DNA of 57,737 bases, counting the filler, from Dugesia japonica (lineage: Eukaryota), in assembly GCA_001938525.1 (NCBI GenBank). It is 5 parts of 5 records of this genome, joined end to end, with 100 filler letters (N's around TTAATTAATTAA, not from the genome) between each part and the next. Parts side by side here need not be neighbours in the genome. Positions count along the whole stretch, not along the records: positions 1 to 9,800 come from MQRL01582793.1; 4 more parts are not named here. One strand, given 5' to 3'. Positions 1 through 9,856 of the stretch are shown here, one piece after another (within the stretch, counting starts at the first letter, position 1; each line of letters starts with the position of its first letter). Both the position numbers and the translations under genes were made by a program. Under the pieces are notes generated by a model. It was not told the origin of the DNA. It ran no database searches and was given only the letters and a program-made list of their open reading frames with translations.

Positions 1-288
1 AATTAAAATATAAAATTAAAATATAAAATTAAAATATAAAATTAAAATATAAAATTAAAATATAAAATTTAAATATAAAATTAAAATATAAAATTAAAAT
101 ATAAAATTAAAATATAAAATTAAAATATAAAATTAAAATATAAAATTAAAATATAAAATTAAAATATAAAATTAAAATATAAAATTAAAATATAAAATTA
201 AAATATAAAATTAAAATATAAAATTTAAATTAAAATATAAAATTTTAATTAAAATATAAAATATAAAATTTAAATTAAAATATAAAAA
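1..288. repeat. 13-bp AT-only tandem array (AATTAAAATATAA)n
   Basis: About 20 near-perfect units read directly, degenerating just before ORF1. Confidence 0.95.
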
Positions 289-289
289 G

Positions 290-1486
290 TTGGACATGGC
301 AAAAAATATCAAATCTAAAATAATACTTAAAGAAATAGCAAAGCCTACTAACATGAACACTGAACAAGTTAATAAAAGAATTAAAGAATTAAAAAGTCAA
401 ATTAAAGCTCAACAAAAATATAACAACTTTTTCTGTGGTAATGTAATTAATTCAAGAAATATGCAAAATGAATTGTCTATCATGCAACAACCAACAATTA
501 AAGCTATAAATAAAACATTTAAAGAACAACAAATAAAAGATGAAATATTAGATCCAATAGTTAATCCACCAGTAGTTAATCCACCAGTAGTTAATCCAAT
601 AGTTAATCCAATAGTTGATCCATTAAATAATCCACCTATAGTTACTCTACCAGAATTTCCACCAGTATATACACAAAGAGAAATAATAGCAATAAGAAAA
701 AAAACAGCAAAACAAAGAACAATAAAAGCATTAAAAAATAAAATGATGCAAAATGAAAAAGATTTTAGACCTTATACAGAAGATAATATTCAGTATCTAT
801 TATCAGATGTAAATTCACAACCATTAATATTAAATAGTTTTATAATACCTCAACTAGAAAATTTAACAGAAAAAACAACACCATATATAATAGAAAAAAT
901 AGTAGAAGATAAAAAATATTTAACAATTAAATATCCAGATAATATTCATTTGTTATATTTATTAAAAAATAATAATGTTAATTGTTATTATTATAGAGGA
1001 ATTTCTAATTATTTTAGTGAAAAATATCAATATGTAATTTTTGGATATAAAGAACTTATAAAAAATGAAGATCCTAAAACATTAGAGTTTATTTTATTAT
1101 ATGTAACTGAACTTGTAAAAGTAGGATTAAAATATGATAAAGATGCATATTGTAAATTATTATTAGCTAAAAAACTAGGTAGACCTAGAAGAACATTTGA
1201 AGAAGAAATCGCTTCGCTTGACTCTGGACAAATTAGTGATGTACCATCTCAAGATCAAGATCCAGAGTCAGAAGATTTAGATATTGAAAAAATAATACCA
1301 AAACTAGGATCAGGTTTAAAATCTCCTATTGCATTATTTGAAAAATTAACATNATTAATTTCAGCAGTAAAATCTGGACATGATAATCTTAATGAAGATA
1401 ATAAAAAAGTATGTAAAAAATTAAAGATCCTAGGTTTAATATCTAACAAGATTTATGATAAATATAAAATGAAATATTTCCCATGA
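290..1486 (+). CDS. Maverick conserved protein, putative core/membrane-active protein (GasderX-like C-terminus); probable ATG at 296
   Basis: 398-aa ORF with VNPPV repeats; C-terminal GSGL followed by FEKL..LISAVKSGHDN..E...V...L...GLI resembles the helical module common in animal Mavericks. Confidence 0.6.
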   Translation: MDMAKNIKSKIILKEIAKPTNMNTEQVNKRIKELKSQIKAQQKYNNFFCGNVINSRNMQNELSIMQQPTIKAINKTFKEQQIKDEILDPIVNPPVVNPPVVNPIVNPIVDPLNNPPIVTLPEFPPVYTQREIIAIRKKTAKQRTIKALKNKMMQNEKDFRPYTEDNIQYLLSDVNSQPLILNSFIIPQLENLTEKTTPYIIEKIVEDKKYLTIKYPDNIHLLYLLKNNNVNCYYYRGISNYFSEKYQYVIFGYKELIKNEDPKTLEFILLYVTELVKVGLKYDKDAYCKLLLAKKLGRPRRTFEEEIASLDSGQISDVPSQDQDPESEDLDIEKIIPKLGSGLKSPIALFEKLTXLISAVKSGHDNLNEDNKKVCKKLKILGLISNKIYDKYKMKYFP

Positions 1487-1586
1487 AACATGTTAGCATG
1501 CGAACAATTAGATATAAAATGAAATATTTCCCATGAAACATGTTACATTTTACATCTAAGAAATAGAGTGAAACCCATAAAAGGAC

Positions 1587-2262
1587 ATGAGTCATCAATT
1601 CTTAATAGTTGGTAAAGAACATGAATTAATAATGGATTTAAAATATCCTATAGAATTAGATTCAGAATATGAACTTGGATTGTTATGTTTTAGTGTTTAC
1701 AATATTATATTTAACATTACAACTTTAAATAATAAATATAATAATGATACACTTGAACCAGGAGCATATGAAATAAAAGAAATAGCAGATAAATTAAAAA
1801 TTAAAAATGGAATAGAAGTTATACCAGATACATCAACAATAAAATGTAATTTAATAATANNNNNNNNNNNNNNNNNNNNNNNNNNNNNNNNNNNNNNNNN
1901 NNNNNNNNNNNNNNNNNNNNNNNNNNNNNNNNNNNNNNNNNNNNNNNNNNNATTCAGATAATAAAATTGATATTTCAAATATTAACATGATAAATGTAAC
2001 ATGTAATATTGTTAAAGGTAATTATCTTAAATCAGATCGTGGTGAAACAGAACAAATTAATTTATTATATTCATTTCCTATAAATTCAGTTCCATTTGGT
2101 TATAAAATTCTAGAAAGACCATCAACATGTATTTATTCTAAAATTAATACAAATTACATATCAAGATTNNNNNNNNNNNNNNNNNNNNAAAACTTTAACA
2201 CTATAGATTTTAACAATGAGGTGATTTCAATATTAGTACATCTACGTAAATATCGACATTAG
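1587..2262 (+). CDS. Minor capsid (penton) protein, split by N gaps
   Basis: PIELDSEYELGL, FNIT..NNK, EPGAYEI, INVTCNIVKGNY, LYSF, PFGYKILERP and IDFNNE.ISI.VHLR match the Polinton minor capsid pattern; the two ORF calls flank one gap. Confidence 0.85.
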
Positions 2263-2474
2263 ATTTTAGATTTTAGATTTTAGATTTTACATTTCACATT
2301 TCGCATATTTAGATTTTACATTTTACATATTTAGATTTTAGATTTTCCAAGTCTTGCATGACTCGGTAATTTTATAAGTTACATTTTTACATTTTAGATT
2401 TTGGAAGGAATGCATGCCTTCGAAATTATTACATTTTTCATATTTAATAAATAGCAAAGCTGGCCTACGGACAA

Positions 2475-2916
2475 ATGACTTATAATTTATTAGACTTTTT
2501 AAAAACATTTGGAATCAATACAACTACTAATTTTGATTTATATTCTATTGCTAACTTTTTAGATTTAGATTTAGAAATTTATATGAAAAATGAGATACCT
2601 AAAATATTACCTGATACAAATATTATTTTTAATTATCAAAATTCAAATCAAAATGGAATACATTGGACATGTTACAAAGATCATCAATATTTTGATTCTT
2701 TTGGTTTAAAACCTTTAGATCAACTTGAAAAGTATGTAACTAAATATAATGAAATTCAAGTTCAACATTATGGAACTAAAATATGTGGAGTATTATGTAT
2801 TTATTTTTTTATATAAAATCTCTCATGAAACATTTGATAATATCGCTTCGCTGACCTTGGGACAAATTATATCTGAGATGAAAGATTTATATGATAAAAT
2901 GAAACATGAAACATGA
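2475..2916 (+). CDS. Adenain-like cysteine maturation protease
   Basis: Catalytic motifs GIHW, YFDSFG, QVQ and ICG..C; removing one T from the poly-T near 2803-2810 extends the frame (YFLYKISHETF...) to TGA at 2914-2916. Confidence 0.9.
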
Positions 2917-2944
2917 AACATTTTACATTTAATAAAAGGATAAC

Positions 2945-4626
2945 ATGAATAAGTTTGGTGAAAGTATTAATGGTGTTAATACTACACAAATATTAAAAAA
3001 GGTAGATGCTAAATTTAGAACCTCAGATGCAATAAATGAAAATAAATTTGTAAATGAAACAGGTGACATGATCTCATGTTTAAAAATAATTGAAGATCCT
3101 TTAGATCTCCATGATGCAGTTAATTTAAAATATATTAAAACTCTTGAAGATAAATTAAAGACTCATGAATTAATATTCTCTAAATATTTAAAAATAAATA
3201 TTAACAAATATTATTTAGAATATAAAGCTGAACGTTTAAATAATCAATCTATAAATGATAAAATTAAAAATCTAACAAATAAATGTTCAGTATCAAAATA
3301 TGCTGATATCACTACTGAAATCCAAAGATTATTACTTGAAGTATTTCCATTTAAAAAAAGTGATCTAATAAATAAATTTAAAATCTTAATTAAAGATGAT
3401 CTATCTAAGAAATTAACTAAAGATGTTGACATGTTACATGATAAACTTAACAATTTACATGAAAATATTAATAAGAAAACATTTGATGAATACTTTCTTA
3501 ATATTAATACATTAAAATCTAACATTGATAATTTTATACTTAAAACATCAAATATAAGAAAAGAAGTTAAAATGATAAGACCACAACTTCATAAAATACA
3601 TGTTAAAAGATTAAATGAGTCATATGAAAATTATAAAGAAAAACTTGACATAAAAAATATAAAATATTTCATTGATAATTATTTACCACATTATTTTATT
3701 GAAACTGTTTATGAAATATTTAAATTTAAAAATAATAAATATAGCATTATGGAAAAATATGTTCACAATTTAGATTTTAAAAGAANNNNNNNNNNNNNNN
3801 NNNNNNNNNNNNNNNNNNNNNNNNNNNNNNNNNNNNNNNNNNNNNNNNNNNNNNNNNNNNNNNNNNNNNNNNNNNNNNNNNNNNNNNNNNNNNNNNNNNN
3901 NNNNNNNNNNNNNNNNNNNNNNNNNNNNNNNNNNNNNNNNNNNNNNNNNNNNNNNNNNNNNNNNNNNNNNNNNNTGATAGCTCTATTATAAATAAAGAAG
4001 TAAATATAAATTATATTGAAATAATTTTACTAAAAGGACTTAATTTAAATGAATTAAGTATTAACTTATTTAAATATGAAATACTTGATAGATTGACTAA
4101 AGAATTTAATATGATAAAAGAAAGACTTCACATAAAACATCTTAACATGTTTAATGTTTTATTTAAAAATTATAAAGAAAAACTTACACCTAAAGCATTA
4201 AAACCTTTAAGAGAAATGTTTAATAAATATTTACTTTATGATAGCGCTACGCTGGCGTCTACACATAAAAGTAATAACCCTGATATATTATTTTCAATTA
4301 ATTCTAGTCAAGAATTTAGTTATATGGAAAAATATGTACATGATTTTGTTTTTATAACGAAAGATATTTTTAGTATTACTTTAAGTACTAATATAAAAAG
4401 AAAACATGCTATAATTATAGATGGAGAATGTCAGATGGATAAATTTTTATATGCCATTAATATTAATAAAATTGGTGTATCATTTTTATGTATTCCTAAG
4501 GATAATAAATTTAACATTTATCGTGAAAACATTGAAATCTCTAGAGATGAAATTATAACTTTTATTTTAATATATTTTCCAGTAAAAGTTATCATAAAGA
4601 ATTTAAACATTAAATTTGTTATATGA
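2945..4626 (+). CDS. Putative fibre/accessory virion protein with internal duplication; likely one ORF across the 3786-3974 gap
   Basis: N-terminal MNKFG..., FVNETGDM and P.D.HDAVNLKY tail-fibre-like motif; frame is open from 3976 into the 4093 ORF; LH....NYKEKL and MEKYVH occur in both halves. Confidence 0.55.
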
Positions 4627-4629
4627 AAA

Positions 4630-5250
4630 ATGGATACAGAAAGTTTATATCCTAATTTGTCAGGAGTTCAGCATAATGATTTTGATGAAAGTAAAAACTA
4701 TACAATATTAGATTTAAAAAATGAAATTGCATTATCTAGAATTAGAGATTTTGAAAATGACCTTTACTTTATAAAAGATAAAATTAAACATTATAAGAAA
4801 ATACATAAAAGATGGAACAGAATAGATACAAGTATAAAATATACACAAATAGGTGTTAGTGTAATAATTGGAATTACAGGTGTTATATTAATTACACCAG
4901 CTGGAATTGCAATAACCGCTGTTGGTATACCGATTATTACTGGTGCAATTTCCATGTTACCTGTAATTGGAACATTAAATACTTCAGTGGTTAAATCTAG
5001 AAAAGAAAAGTATGAAAAGTTAATTAAGAAATTAGAATGTGTTAAAAATAAATTATTCTTATTTCAACANAAAGCAGTTAATGATGAAATACTTACTGAT
5101 GAAGAATTACAGATATCTAAAAATATGGTTAATGAAGTTCATGAGTTGATATCTGGACATAAAAAACAAAAAGATGATAATCTAAAATTATTAGTTGAAA
5201 GTCAAAGTAGAGTTATAAATGAAATGAAGTTGAAATTAGGAATACAATGA
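4630..5250 (+). CDS. Maverick coiled-coil / two-transmembrane protein with N-terminal LYPNL motif
   Basis: 206-aa ORF with a long Gly/Ile-rich hydrophobic hairpin (IGVSVIIGITGVILIT...PIITGAISMLPVIG) flanked by charged helices. Confidence 0.75.
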   Translation: MDTESLYPNLSGVQHNDFDESKNYTILDLKNEIALSRIRDFENDLYFIKDKIKHYKKIHKRWNRIDTSIKYTQIGVSVIIGITGVILITPAGIAITAVGIPIITGAISMLPVIGTLNTSVVKSRKEKYEKLIKKLECVKNKLFLFQXKAVNDEILTDEELQISKNMVNEVHELISGHKKQKDDNLKLLVESQSRVINEMKLKLGIQ

Positions 5251-5345
5251 GGAATGTGAAATGTAAAATATAATAAAAAANNNNNNNNNNNNNNNNNNNN
5301 NNNNNNNNNNNNNNNNNNNNNNNNNNNNNNCAAAAACCTAATAAA

Positions 5346-6592
5346 ATGGAGAGAATTAATAAATTAATAAATATAATTTTACATTATTGTGATGAATTAT
5401 GTGAAATAGAAAATTTACCAGATAAAATTACTGAAGAAGATTATTTTATAACTTTTTACAATAATCTTTATGACTATGAAGAAAAATAAAAAACACTAAT
5501 GGAAAATGAAAGATCTAATAGTGAAAGATCTAATATTAATATTGAAAATGAAACTGTTATTGAAATTGAAAGATCTAATAATGAAAGATCTAATATTAAT
5601 ATTGAAAATGAAAATGAAAATGAAACTGTTATTGAAAATGAAAATGAAAATGAAACTAGTGAAAGTGAAAGTGAAAAATTATTAGTTCTTAGAGATGATT
5701 GTACTAATCCAAGATATGAACATTTATATTCTAAAGCTAAAGCAAGAAATGAAAGATCTAATAATAAAGCAAGAAATGAAAGATCTAATAATAAAATAAC
5801 TAATAATAAAATAACTAATGAAAGATCTAATATTGAAATAACTAATAATAAAATAACTAATGTAATAACTAATATTGAAGAATCTAATATTGAAGAATCT
5901 AATATTGAATCTGAAAGTGAAAGATCTGAAAATGAATCTGAATCTGAAAATGAAAATGAAACACAAATTCCTGAATATGTAAGTAAAAACANNNNNNNNN
6001 NNNNNNNNNNNNNNNNNNNNNNNNNNNNNNNNNNNNNNNNNAAACTGAAAAAAATAAAATAAAACAAGGTAAGATTATTAAATCTAAAATTCAAAATATT
6101 TCATTTGAAGATGAACTTAAAAAATCTATAGAAGATAATATTAAAAAAATAACTGAAAAAGTAAATATAGACAAATTAGCAATTGAATGTCAAAATAATT
6201 ATCTTTCTTTAGAAATAAATTTATCTCGTGAAAATTTAATAGATAATATAAAAAAATATCAAGTTTGTCTTAAAGCTGTTAAAAAAGTGTCATTAGTTTC
6301 ATATGCAAAAATAGGAACATTTTTAATGTATTTAAAANNNNNNNNNNNNNNNNNNNNNNNNNNNNNNAATGCTAAAGATTTTATAAATTATCTAAGTGGA
6401 TATGAAATTAATTATGATATAAGTTATGTTAATAAATTAATTAGATTTGCTTTATTAGTTAATAAATGGAGAGATATTGTTTATTGTGATTTATCATTTA
6501 GAAAAGTTACAAAACATTTTAAAGAAATGGAAAATATAATTGAAAAAGATCCAATATTAAATCAAAAACCAAAATCTAAAATGTTAAGCTAG
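5346..6592 (+). CDS. Unknown Maverick protein with Asn/Glu-rich tandem repeats and helical C-terminal domain; one in-frame TAA near 5487 and two gaps
   Basis: ATG 5346 is in frame with the 5499 ORF; after the 5992-6040 gap an open frame runs into the 6287-6592 ORF. Confidence 0.55.
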
Positions 6593-7408
6593 AATAAGTC
6601 ATCTAACATTTCATCACTTTCCTTATTTAAATAATAATAATTATATTTAGTTTTCCAGTGAAGATTTACTTCATAATCATATTCTAACTTGTTATTAAAT
6701 ATATTAGAGAATAATTCATGATACACATTATCTCTATCAGTTTTATTTAACTTGAAAAATATATAACAATTAGAATTATTTCTNNNNNNNNNNNNNNNNN
6801 NNNNNNNNNNNNNNNNNNNNNNNNNNNNNNNNNCAATTAGAATTATTTCTTATAGAATTTTTATCTAGATGATAATATGTTTGTGAAATATAAATAACAT
6901 TACAATTAGAATGTCGACCTCGAGTGAAATAACTTTTTTGTATCTCTTGATTTTTCTCATTAACTACATCATCAAAAATAATTAGATTTTTCTTTTGTTT
7001 TGAAAGTCTATCACAAGATATTATTTCATTAGGTTTATTACTTAATGTTACAACTATANNNNNNNNNNNNNNNNNNNNNNNNNNNNNNNNNNNNNNNNNN
7101 NNNNNNNNNTGAATTGGTGTATTATAAGTTTTAGGTACTATATTTTGTTTTTCAAATATTAAATTAATTTCTTCTTTTGATAATCCATTTTCAAATCCAA
7201 TATATAACAGTTGAATCTCAAATTGAGAAATTGTTGTAGAATAAATTATTAAATTATCATAATCTAAAAAGTCAGGTGTTAGAAGCATTTTCATAAGTAA
7301 AACATTTTTACCACAACCTGATGAACCTATCATTAAAAGTCTAAAATTATTAGGTAAGATTATATTATTAAAATGTGTAATGTTATTATTCCAGATGTAC
7401 GAAGTCAT
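6589..7408 (-). CDS. A32/FtsK-HerA family DNA packaging ATPase
   Basis: Walker A GSSGCGKN, Walker B LIIFDD, RGRH arginine finger, YISQ; reading continues past the gap (NSNCYIFFKLN...MLDDLF*) to TAG at 6591-6589. Confidence 0.93.
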
Positions 7409-7642
7409 TTCTTATATATTTAATTTGATCATAAATTTCATATAACTCATCTTCTAAATAATAAAATAAAAGTTCAGTTTCATTTCCAATATCAAGATCA
7501 AAATCAAATACATCACTTTCTAAATNNNNNNNNNNNNNNNNNNNNNNNNNNNNNNNNNNNNNNNNNNNNNNNNNNATTAATGTAAAATTCAGACATTCTA
7601 TTATAAAATTTTAGATCAGACATTTTAGATTTTTTATTTTAA

Positions 7643-8982
7643 TCAGAGTGCTGACTTTTGTAATTCATTCGAATAAAATCTACCAAGTATTTTGTCGCCG
7701 TTAAGATTTGATATTTGAAATCTAAAAGGTTTTGTGTTATATATTTTTGTTAGGATATAAATTTTCTTTGACCATTTAAAACTATAACCTTTAGCAAATA
7801 ACTTTTTAATTTTAAACATTCTTACTCGATCTCCAATTTTAAATCTTAATTTTTCTGTGAATAGTTTATCAATTTTAACATGGATACTTTCAGGGTTAAG
7901 TGTTGCATTTTTAGGTGTAACATTAATACTTGAATGTATCGTATTATTAGAAGAATCAATTATATAATCTAATAATGTAGAATTTATATCTTGATTTCCA
8001 ACGGCAGTAAAATGTTTAAAAGTTTATGTTTAAATGTTCGGTTGAATCTTTCAATAACAACTGCTTTACCTTGATTTAATATTGAATATAATTCGATGTT
8101 ATTTTCTAGACAAAAAGATTTAAAATGTTTATTGTAAAATTCTAATCCATGATCTACCCATAATTTATTTGGTATTCTATTATTTTTATCTAAGATATTT
8201 TCAAATGCTTTTGTTATTGATATTCCTGTTTTATTTTTACATAGTTCAATGAATGCATATTTAGTATATAGATCTATAACTGTTAACATAATATGTTTAT
8301 TGTGAAATATTAAATCTGCAGACCAAATATCATCTATGTCATTTACTATTACTTTTAATAAATGTTTTGGTTTTTTATATTCTTTNNNNNNNNNNNNNNN
8401 TAATATATAATTTTTATCACCAACTTCTGACAGTAACTTTTTTAATTTTAATTTATTCTTTTCTTCTTTCATTTTTATTTTTAATTTATTCTTTGATAAC
8501 TGTCCTTTATGGCTCACTTCGCTCGTACCCTGACCAATAATTATTTTACCTTTCATTGCTAATTTAACTAACATTCTTTGAAATCTTTCTTGAAGTGTTG
8601 GATCCTTAATATTATTCATGTCATGTATTAAATTTACATCTGCAATATGACGATCTCGTATATTTTCTGATTTATAGGATATATCATGTTTTAATGCTGA
8701 TTGATCAATTCTATTTATTGGTTCTTCACCTGGCAATGGAATATTATTCTCATCAAGTCGGATATCAAGTCTTGTACCTGGACCAGTATAATTATGTTTG
8801 AATAAATGTCTTTCACCTGGATATTTTTCTGTTGTAATTGGTTTTAATAATGTTGATATTACTTTTGAATTTTGTAAGTCACCACCATGTTTCATATGAT
8901 TTATGCATAAATCTAAATGTCTAGATTTATTCTTTTTTAAAAGGATTTTACCACAATTGTCACATATAAAATTTTTATTCAT
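7643..8982 (-). CDS. Fusion ORF: C2HC zinc finger + parvovirus-type phospholipase A2 + retroviral-like (rve) integrase; -1 frameshift near 8017
   Basis: CDNC-x11-H-x3-C; YTGPG and DQSALKHDISY; DDE triad WSAD / WVDHGLEF / IERFNRT; -1 frame continues NNTIHSSINVTP, FKIGDRVR, KGY...W, GRFYSNELQK to TGA at 7645-7643. Confidence 0.93.
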
Positions 8983-9040
8983 TTATTTTTAAGAGGTAAT
9001 ATTTTAGAGGTAATATTTTACATTTAATATTTTTCATTTA

Positions 9041-9800
9041 TTATATATCTTGACCTTTTACATTTTCAATCATAACAACTTTAGAATTAGAAAGTTTCAT
9101 CTCTACATGTTTTTCTTCTAGTATACACCAATAAATTATCCCTTTAAAATCTGAATCCTTATTTATTTTAAGTGTTACATCTACATTATTAATATTCATT
9201 TTATTATCATGAGCTGATATGTCAAAACAGAATATTGGATATAAATTTCCAAAGTCTAAAAGTGATATTTGAGGTTCTATAAAAAAGTCACGACAACAAT
9301 TTATATAATTTAAATATGGATTTCCCATTTCATTATTTAACATGTTAAATTTTAATTCATTAGCTGGATAGTTTGTATTGTTTAATTGTAATTGAATTCC
9401 TTTTAAATAATTATTTCCAACTTTCTGTATAAATAGATTATCATTCTTTTGAAATGATGAATTTGGAGATTTAAAACAAATAAATATATATCTTGGTTGA
9501 TATGCAAGACTACCAATTTTTAATGAATAGAATGTACCTGTTTCTAAATTTGTTTTACCAGTTATTCTATTTAAATATGAAACTTTAATAGGTTTATCTG
9601 TAGATATTCTTTCTAACATCATTAATTCTGTATTTGGTAATAATCTAACTTCTGGAATATGAAATTCTAAAGTTTCTAATTCTAATTTACCTGATGTTGC
9701 AACTATAGCCGATGGCCCAACTGTTGCACCTTCACCATAAAATAATAATTTATCTTCAATTTGTCTGTTACATCTTAATTCTATACTTGTATTATATAAT
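9041..9800 (-). CDS. Major capsid protein (double jelly-roll), C-terminal half, 5'-truncated by scaffold end
   Basis: Frame open from 9800: IIYNTSIELRCNR, FHIPEVRL, PRYIFICF, LNNTNYP, YPIFCFDIS motifs of Polinton major capsids. Confidence 0.88.
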
Positions 9801-9844
9801 NNNNNNNNNNNNNNNNNNNNNNNNNNNNNNNNNNNNNNNNNNNN

Positions 9845-9856
9845 TTAATTAATTAA
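9845..9856. other. Artificial scaffold linker TTAATTAATTAA
   Basis: Identical six-frame-stop 12-mer between N runs; recurs four times. Confidence 0.95.

Larger units (their letters stand above)
1..9800. mobile_element. Maverick/Polinton (adintovirus-like) endogenous viral element, partial; pPolB and TIRs are not on this scaffold
   Basis: Compact intronless cluster of minor capsid, adenain protease, A32/FtsK-like ATPase, retroviral-type integrase and major capsid genes in two convergent blocks. Confidence 0.95.

Noticed and set aside
1-288. Telomere or Maverick TIR
   Set aside because: No G-rich telomeric unit, no AG/AGT terminal motif and no inverted partner visible; treated as an internal tandem array
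5474-6094. 206-aa hydrophobic minus-strand ORF (and 5724-5966)
   Set aside because: Antisense shadow of the repetitive plus-strand ORF
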